From the NCBI RefSeq assembly GCF_006345805.1, contig NW_021832979.1, positions 1-64,000 of the forward strand: 64,000 bases of DNA, read 5' to 3'. Made by a program: the position numbers and the translations under genes. The first letter of the stretch is position 1. Each line of letters opens with the position of its first letter. Source of the stretch: Octopus sinensis (Eukaryota). Shown here in pieces: positions 54,597 to 64,000 of the stretch. Under the pieces are notes generated by a model that was given only the letters and a program-made list of their open reading frames with translations, did not search any database and was not told the origin of the DNA.

Positions 54597-55034
54597 GGGA
54601 GTGAAAACGAATGATAAATATGCAGAGAGTGTTTTATGCGCTTTATTTCGCTGTGAAATAACGTACGTTTTGAAACCTTTGCCGCCATATTTCATCTTTT
54701 TGTAGCAAAACACTGAATCTTGCGTTTCTAAGAACAGCCCTCTGCAAGAAATAAAGACCCAGACGAATACATGTCACTATGGAGTAAGGAAATATACAAG
54801 AAAGCATGAAGATAACTGCTTATTCATAGACCGAATAAATACAACAAAACTGTCATAAAATATCTGGAAACTAAAATTCAGTTTTGTACACTGCATCCAG
54901 TAAAATTGTGCATCTCCCGAAATTGAAACGCAGCTTATGTAATTTGGTGGAATTAAAATCTTTAAAAATCATGTCATTTTAAAAAATAATATAAATATAC
55001 TTTGCCAATGTACGTCAGGTGAATCCATATATAT

Positions 55035-55435
55035 ACTCTTTTTTTTTACTTGTTTCAGTCATTTGACTGCGGCCATGTTGGAGCACCGCCTTTAGTCGAG
55101 CAAATTGACCCCGGGACATATTCTTTGTAAGCCCAGTACTTATTCTATCGGTCTCTTTTGCCGAACCGCTAAGTTACGGGGACGTAAACACACCAGCATC
55201 GGTTGTCAAGCAATGCTAGGGGGACAAACACAGACACACAAACACACACACATACACATATATACATATTTATACATATATACGATGGGCTTCTTTCAGT
55301 TTCCGTCTACCAAATCCACTCACAAGGCATTGGTCGGCCCGGGGCTATAGCAGAAGACACTTACCCAAGATGCCACGCGGTGGGACTGAACCCGGAACCA
55401 TGTGGCTGGTTAGCAAGCTACTTACCACACAGCCA
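55035..55435 (-). mobile_element. Full-length SINE family B
   Basis: Reverse complement homolog of 49984-50432. Confidence 0.9.
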
Positions 55436-55758
55436 CACACATACACACACAAGCACACTATAATTTTACTATGTTTTGCTATATAATTTTAGAGCATCAT
55501 TTGAGGGAGATTTCACTGATATTTCTAGTAGGCCAGGTTTGTTTGCGTAGACCCCTCGCTTCGATGGTTTCGTACAACCGATGTTTCTTTTTCCTTCGTT
55601 GTCGATCTGACACATATTCACAATTCTTGGAAAGCTCCAAGAAGGAACGGACAGTCTGTTGATTCCGATTTAATGGTTAATAACCATTTGATAAGTCTAA
55701 TCAGATTAGGTGGTGAGAGTCAAACAACGCCATCTATATCAATACATACGTATATATA

Positions 55759-55799
<41 letters not shown>

Positions 55800-55935
55800 C
55801 ACATATATATATACATATAAATATATATGGATGCGTATGTGTGTGTGTGTGTGTTTATTTATATACATAAGAAATATACATGAATGTATACTGGTTCATG
55901 TGTGTAATTATTATATACTATATGCTTACATACAT

Positions 55936-55987
<52 letters not shown>

Positions 55988-57220
55988 ATACATAGTTACA
56001 TACATATAACATTCACGTGAATTAAATGAATATAAATTGGTTGTTTTTTGGTGAATGCCTTCAATGGGGAAAGTCAATTTATGATGTATTTTTTCTTTTT
56101 TCTTTTTTTTCCGGTTTTATTAGTATCTGTGGACTTTATAAAGTGTCCAATTGAGATTTTAAATGACTATCTACGAGCGTGATTTCTTAGCCGTTACTAA
56201 ATTGATTTCGGAAAGAAATATTTGGTGGCCATTGACTGATGTTTGAAACAAAGATTGATTGATAGACTCTTGAATGGTGTCAGCAGTCTCCGTCAGTTAT
56301 AAAATTCTTTTGCAAGATATGTAACAGATCAACCAGTCAATCAATCAATCAATCAGTAAATTAATCAAACAATCAATGAATTCATCGATATTGATATTGA
56401 ACAATATTAAAAGTTTTATGAAAGTTATGAACTATGTTTTCATTTTATTCTACTTTATTTTATAAAGCATTTGGTGAACTACAGCCTCGGTATCTTTGAT
56501 CAACGCCTACCATCAGTCAGATGTGTGGCTTTCTGCTCAGTGCAGAACAAGGAGCTCCGATATTACGGATATATATATATATATGTCCGTGTTCCATTAT
56601 ATTAAGGAGCATAGGCTCGAAACATACAGTACTTTCTCACTTCCCGAGCGTTAAACTAATACATCTGTTTGCTGTTTGCACACCCGTCTTCGTCTTGTGT
56701 TTTTCTTTGGTAAATTCTCATTATATATATATATATATATATATATCTGTAAATGTATTATATGACTGTTATTCGGTAGCCATGATAAAACTCCGAGTTT
56801 CGGATGCCGAGGTGGAAATCCACGCCGCCATCTCTTTAGTTATTCGGCCATCGGAAAAACGCTATGAAAAATGACCGTTATACAAAGGGAAATTACTGTG
56901 TGATTGACCCTTATTAAGACAAAAGAACTATTCGGATGACCGCTAGGTAAGAGGGTGGAGTAAAGTAAGGGGGTAAAATGGTCATTGTATTCGCGTAAAC
57001 ACGCCTGTTCATACCTACACATGTGCGTCCGGCACCCACGTACATGCGCCTAAAAGTATACATTCATCCATACTCTCTTGAAAAACGTACACATCCTCAC
57101 ACTCATCCTTCGCCAAATGCATATGTATATACATACAAACGCACGCGCACCATAAAGGTCCATACACACGTCTAGATACGTACAAGCACAAGGGAAAACA
57201 GGGTTAAGGGAAACAATACA

Positions 57221-57344
57221 GAAAAAAGACACAAGGGAGTATACAAAGAGTAAACCACGTCTGTATTCGCACATACACTTATGCGCGCATATGTGCGTAT
57301 ATAGACGTGGTTTACTCTTTGTATACTCCCTTGTGCCTTTTTTC
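57221..57344. other. Near-perfect 124-nt hairpin (55-bp stem, 14-nt loop)
   Basis: 57221-57262 pairs with 57303-57344 with one mismatch; the stem extends inward to 57275/57290. Confidence 0.9.
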
Positions 57345-58290
57345 CGAAGTTTCTAGAAATTTTGCCTGCTATTATAAAAAGCTGGATTATTGAGCATTCG
57401 CGCAGAGTCGCCTAAGATTTTACCTGAAATTTTGTCATTTTGTTCCACTAAATGTGCTCTCACTTGCGTCTGGATGTTTTTGAATTATAGACGTTGTATA
57501 GAATGCTCGACAAATGTAATACACATCATTCTGTGATGCCGACAGATATACAAATATCTTCTGTCTGTCTGTCGGTCTCTCTATCTATTTAACACTCATT
57601 TCTGTACCTGATAATTTATATCAGTAAATCAAGTTCTTTATGTTTATTGAAATTACATAGTATATATACACAAATAATAAACATGAGTGTACACGGAGGT
57701 TATGTACGCGTCGGCGTATGTCCTATATGGTTTAATATACACGCTTACACACAACCACACTTCCCCTAATATGTATATGAGTTTCATAAATATATATGTA
57801 TAAATGTATATACACACATATAGACACACATGCACACATATATAACACACACCCACACATATTACACACATACACAGAGACATATATATATATGCTCACA
57901 AATCTATATTTATGCTAAACAAAAATCGCTCACCTATGCGTCTAAATAGAGAGGAAGGATTCCATTTGACGCCGCGAATCTTCTCAAAGATAAAAGTAAC
58001 AGATTGGAACTATTTAGCATACTCAACAAAGTATCATCCGATTCTTCAATTCCACAAATCTCCAAATTGAAGCATTGCCATTAAATTTTTATTTTCATTT
58101 TGAAAGATATTTTGAAAGATATTTTGAAAGTTGTTTAATTCAGACTTTACATAGGAACATGGATAAATTGTGAAAGACGAATAAAAATAAAAAAAACAAA
58201 AACATGTATATCTGTAATTAATAATAGGTAAACTTTCTGAAGCAATATATATAAGTGCTAATTTAGGTATGAATGGAAGATTGTTGTGTT

Positions 58291-58348
<58 letters not shown>

Positions 58349-59124
58349 ATATTATATGTATATATTTCAATATATCTATATATATATTTTCATATTATAT
58401 TATATATATATTATATATATATAATGCATTCATACATATGTGCTGAAAAGTACTATGTAGGTGTTTAAGGATGTGTGTATATATATACACATATATATAT
58501 GTGTGTGTGTGTGTGTATGTGTGTGCGTGTGCATGCATATGTATATATACACATACAGAGAGAGCGAGAGGGAGAGATAAATGAATTGATAGATATATAT
58601 AGATACATACGCACGTACACAAACACACACACACACACACACAGAAGTACACACACTAACAAACACACGCACACAAAAATACAAACACACACATAAAGAA
58701 ACACACACAAATACAAACACACGTACAGAAACCCACACACAAACACACGCACATAAATACATACACTACACACACAAACATACACACATATATGTCTCTG
58801 TGTTTGTAACCATTTATGTCTTTCGGAATACAAATGCTTAGTTATGTATAAATATATAAGTGTATTGTATATTTGCTTCTATGAATGCATGCTCCTATGT
58901 ATGGTTGGTGCGTTGGCTGGCTGGCTGGCTGGCTGGCTGGCTTGCTGGCTGGATGTGAATGTTTGTAATTATATAGAAATTCGTCTTTGTATCGATATGA
59001 ATACGTCTGCACGTACATGTGTTTATAACTAACTATAGTTACGTATGTATTTATATGTTTGTATATACAAATATAGTGCTTGCATGTATAGATTAAAACA
59101 TGTTCACACACACACATGCAAGCG

Positions 59125-59156
<32 letters not shown>

Positions 59157-59335
59157 CACGCGGATATATTCTTACGCATATGTATATGATATGAATACAT
59201 ATCCAAATGCACATATTCCTTCGCTGTTTATCAAAAGTTTCTTTTATATAGATATGAATATTCCAAATTCATAACGTCGACTAATACTGCATTTGTGCAT
59301 TCTGAATGGTGCGGTAGATCTGTATATATAATGCG

Positions 59336-59456
<121 letters not shown>

Positions 59457-60649
59457 CCCTATCTATGTATCTATCTATCTATCGATCGATCGATCGATCG
59501 ATCGATCGATCTATCTACTAGGTTGAGGAAAAATTCATGCGTCGTGTTAAAATAATGATTTTTTTTATGCAAGAATTTATTCAAAATGCAACAACTGTCA
59601 GTTTCGCGAGACCATGGACCTGCGCCCGGAGAATCTGTGCCAGCTGCTAATGGTGGCACAGCGTCTACTGCAGCTGCGCAGACTCACACGGGAGTCTCAA
59701 TCTCTCATGCAGCGACTGCATTTGAAGAAACTGTTCACCGGTGCTACTGACGTTTCTTTTCTATCTCGAAACTTCCATATACATACATACTCATGCACAC
59801 ACATATATTTAAGCATATATATATATGGGTATATATATATAATACCATTATTAATAATATAATATATTAATAATATAATCAATAATTTTAAAATCAACAA
59901 TTATTTCCGGGTAGATTTTGGTATGGAAATATAACCATTATCGGTAGGAACATTTAAAAAAAGTTTTATATATATTATTATATATAAAGAAAAAGGGCAA
60001 ATAACAGTTGCTTAGCTTCATACCGAATGCTTGCCCCTTTTATTATATATATAGTGTATATTATATATAGAATATATATATATATAATATATATATATAT
60101 ATGGTAGTACATATATATATGTTGTGTGTATTTATGTATGTATGTATGTATGTATGTATGTATGTATGTATGTATGTACACATGCAATATACATACATTT
60201 ATATACAGCTATATACACAGAAACACCTCATCTCAAATGCACTTGCAACATCAAATCTCTCCTACCTGACAGCGAAAGCGAGACCATTCATTCACACGCC
60301 GGCATTTCCTTTTGGCACCAACGCAAGAATTCTGAGAATGGTTCTATCTATATTTAATGAGTTCTAGCTTAATGCTTTACATCATATTGCTTTATCGATT
60401 CAATATTCTCTCAATATCTTGACACTAATATAATATAATGAGGCGTTGATTGGATTATTAAACTCCCTTGGTATTGATCGTAGGAAAAATCCCTTTTTAA
60501 CACCTTCAACTCCAATCGTTGCTTAATACTGACAGAATAATTATTATACTGTTCTCTTGATATCTGAAAGCTTGGGGTAAACATTTAAATGGATTCCATG
60601 ATATTATCATTATTATTATTATTAGAAGTATTATAAATGTTGATGCGAC

Positions 60650-60927
60650 CTGGTAGAATCGCTACCGCGCTGGGAAAAAATGCTTAGTATTATCTCGTCT
60701 GTCTTTATGTTCTGAGTTCGAATTCAGCTAAGTTCGTCCTTGCCTGTTATCCTTTCGGAGTCGATGAAACCAGTTCCAGTTGCGTACTGGGGTCGATGAA
60801 ATCGACTAGCTCCCTTATCCAAAATATCAGGCCCTGTGCCTGTAGAAGAAAGGATTGTAATAATAACAATAATAATAATTATAATTATTATTATTATCAT
60901 TATTAATAATAATAATAACAATCATTA

Positions 60928-60971
<44 letters not shown>

Positions 60972-61185
60972 GTTATTGTTGTTGTTGTTGTTGTTATTAT
61001 TATTATTATTATTATTTTCTACTCTAGGTACAAGGCCCGAAATTTTTTGGGAAGGGACCAGTCGATTAGATAGACTACAGTACGCAACTGGTACTTAATT
61101 TATCGGCCCCGAAAGGATGAAAAGCAAAGTCGACCTAGGCGGAATTTGAACTCAGAACGTAAAGACAGACGAAATACCGTTAATA
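60650..61185. mobile_element. Two SINE family A copies in convergent orientation around a (TAT)n/(AAT)n tract
   Basis: ~60650-60860 (+) and ~61020-61185 (-) share core motifs. Confidence 0.75.
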
Positions 61186-61271
61186 GCAATGTTTTGTTAC
61201 TACTATCCTTGGTTAACACCAGTTACCACCGTGAACGATCAGACCTATGTTTAATGTCTTTCCATCCGTAG

Positions 61272-61577
61272 CCATCTGTTTGTTCCTTCTTGAGCCAGGC
61301 CTGGCTCATAAGGGCCGTTCCCCCGGTTTCTTGGCGTATAGGTTCCCCACCTGGATGGGACGCCGGTCCGTCGCAGGTGAGCTGCAAGACGCAAGAGGAA
61401 AGAGTGAGAGAATGTTGTGGCGAAAGAGTCAGCAGAAGTTCGACGTTACCTGCTGCCGGAGCCGCGTGGAGCTTAGGTGTTTCGCTCATAAACACACACA
61501 TCGTACGATCTGAGATTCGAATCCGAGATCCCTCGACCGCGAGGCCGCTGCTCTAACCACTAGGCCATATGCCTCCA
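61272..61577 (-). mobile_element. tRNA-derived SINE related to family C
   Basis: Head ggcatatggcctaagtggttagagcagcggcctcgcggtcg...ggattcgaatc. Confidence 0.8.
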
Positions 61578-62244
61578 CTTAGCCATCTGGTCTCTCTCTC
61601 TCTGCTAAATTTTATCTCTCACTCCAATAATCTTGTATGCCATTCCTATTTTATTTTTGAAACCGTCACTTTAGTTTGTAAGAAATAAAATAAAAATAGG
61701 CTGCTGTTTCTAGCAACTACAGACGATTTCATTGAAGTTATTGTTATTGGATGTAGTGTTACGGCTGGTAATGTTGTTCTTTTTCTTGTTGTTGTTGTCG
61801 GTGGTGCGACATTGTTATTGTTGGTGGTCGTAGCAGCGGTGGTAGACGTAGGTGGTTATCGTTTTATCTTTAGCTTCTCTCTGATGTCAGAGTGCAATAA
61901 CTGTCTTTGAGCAGGATGAACATTTACGTGTGAAAATCATTTTAATTTGTGGAAACGCAGAGGAAGCAGACGTTCTTGACAGATGTGGATCCGAAAATTA
62001 ATAACAATGTTGACGCTACTCCTAATGACCAATGCACAACAAAGATTAAACAATATATACAATATGGCGTCGGTTGAAATCTCATCAAAGTAGGACAGCA
62101 CAGCGGCCATCTTGCAGAACGAGACGAACCACAACAATAGAGAGTCGTAGATTGGCAGGAGTTCTGTGCGATTTCATTTGAAAGATGGAGGTCTGCTGTC
62201 AAACAAAACCGCATCGTCTTGGTCTTCCTTTAATATTGGTGTGG

Positions 62245-63035
62245 TCTGTGTGTGTGTGTGTGTATGTGTGTGAGAGCGTGTGTGTATATGTGTGAGTGTA
62301 TGTGTGTTTATGTGTGTGAGTGTATGTGTATATGTGTGAGCGTGTGTGTGTATGTGTGTCAGTGTCTGTGTATATGTGTGCGTATTTTTATGAGTATGTG
62401 TGTATATGTGTAGATGTGTGTGTGAATATGTGTGCGTATGTGTGTGTATATGTATAAGTGCTTATTTATATGAGTGAGTTTGTGTGTATATGCGTAGATG
62501 TTTGTGAATATGTGTGAGTGTGTGTGTGTGTATGTGTAAGTGTGTATTTATATGAGTGAGTATGTGTGTATATGTGTAGATGTGTGTGAATATATGTGAG
62601 TGTGTGTGTATTTGTGTGTGAATGTTTATGTGTGAGTGTGTGTTTATATGTGTGGATGCGTGTGTATATATGTGAGTGTATATATGTATGTATATGTGTG
62701 CGTGTATGTATATGTGTGTGAATGTGTGTATATGTGAATGTATGTATTTACATGTGTAAATGTGTATATCTAAGAGACTGTGTGTGTATGTTTGAGTGTG
62801 TGTTTATATGTGTGGGGTGTGTGTATCTACATGTGTGTGCATATGTGTCAGTGTGCATCTATGTGTGTGTATGTATGAATATGTGTGTATATGTGTGATT
62901 GTATGTGTATATGTGTCAGCGTGTGTGTGTGTGTATGTGTGTTCGAGTATGTCGGTGTGTGTATTCATGTGTGTTTGAGAGTATTTGTAATAAATGTGTA
63001 CGTGTGTATGTATGCATGCATATATGTATATATGA

Positions 63036-63068
<33 letters not shown>

Positions 63069-63720
63069 TATATGCATGTGTACTTGTTTTCTTTTGTGGG
63101 TATGTGTGTGTTAGTGCACGTGTGAATCTATGAGAATACTTTCGTGTATGTCTATCAGTATGTTAGTGTACGTTTGTGTGTTTGTGTGTCTGTACGCGTG
63201 TATGCGCGTATGTGTGCGCGTGTGTAAGTGTGTGTGTGTCTGCATCCGTGAGATTTTTTGCATTATTGAGATATTGGCGTCTACGTTTGTCTTCGTGTGT
63301 ATGCTTGTTCGTAGGTGTGCGTGCATCGGTTTGCATATATGTGTGAATGTGTGTGTATATGTGTGAGTGTGTGTGTATATGTGTGTATACGTTCTCATTG
63401 TGTATACGTAAACCTGTATGTTGGTATGTATGCGTATGTATGGCATTCTTTAAGTATACCTATGAGCTGTTTGAGGTTTTTGAATCTATGTTCGTCTCGC
63501 GGGTATTCTTGCTTGCTCGACTGTATGTATGTATGTATGTATGTATGTATGTATGTATGTATGTATGTATGTATGTAGGTAGGTAGGTATGTATGTAGGG
63601 TATGTGTGTGTGTGTTAGTGTGTGTTTGTTTGTCTATGTGCGTGCGTCTGTGCGTGTGCGATTCTACTCATATCTGCATATAAGTGGTTATGTATACGTG
63701 TGTATGTGTGTGTGTCTAAA
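62245..63720 (+). repeat. Long degenerate (TG)/(TATG) microsatellite field
   Basis: Direct reading. Confidence 0.9.
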
Positions 63721-63914
63721 TATTTGTCCTATTTGTGTGAGTGTGTGTGTGTTTACTTTTACTTGTTTCAGTCATTTGCCTGCGGTCATGCTGGAGTACC
63801 ACCTTTGTAAACATAGTACTTATTCTATCAGTTTCCTTTTATATAAATTACATTTATATATATAAATGTATATATTCTTTGATATGTAATACATATTATA
63901 TATACTATATGTAA

Positions 63915-64000
63915 TATACTCTTTACTCTCTTTTACTCTTTTATTTGTTTCAGTCATTTGACTGTGGCCATGCTGGAGCACCGCCTTTAGTCGAGCAAAT
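63915..64000 (-). mobile_element. SINE family B tail (continues beyond the window)
   Basis: tactcttttactc...gtttcagtcatttgactgtggccatgctggagcaccgcc. Confidence 0.85.

Noticed and set aside
55490-55533. 44-bp candidate exon (ttttag|...ASFEGDFTDISSRP...cag|gtttgt)
   Set aside because: Plausible splice sites, but no homology and no neighbouring exons; expected by chance.
56760-56952. YY1-like cgccgccatct motif and an AG|GTAAGA donor
   Set aside because: No open frame or acceptor links them; not supportable without transcript data.

Overview
This is a repeat-saturated, AT-rich eukaryotic window. The SINE/LINE families suggest an octopus genome (inference from recalled repeat families, not a database hit). 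No multi-exon host gene can be supported, and almost all ORFs in the supplied track are microsatellite translations. The main feature is a young, near full-length Penelope-like retroelement (12815-18271). It has RT and a C-terminal GIY-YIG endonuclease, ~460-bp pseudo-LTRs carrying type I hammerhead ribozymes, a ~385-bp 5' inverted arm, two Asn-rich coding linkers, and sits in a (TA)n tract. The window also holds a non-coding 535-555-bp tandem hammerhead repeat (retrozyme-like; 37.9-38.6 kb and 42.1-43.3 kb, the latter folded into a ~380-bp palindrome). A further short family carries a minimal hammerhead-like motif, and there is one more degenerate hammerhead. Other elements: three Dong/R4-like 3' ends in a (TAA)n tract, RTE and CR1-group LINE relics, mariner and DD37D (maT-type) relics, and many tRNA-derived SINEs, some multimeric. 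There is also a 1.6-kb TACAT satellite, a near-perfect 124-nt hairpin (57221-57344) and a few weak candidate exons. All alignments and folds were done by eye; coordinates of degraded repeats are approximate.
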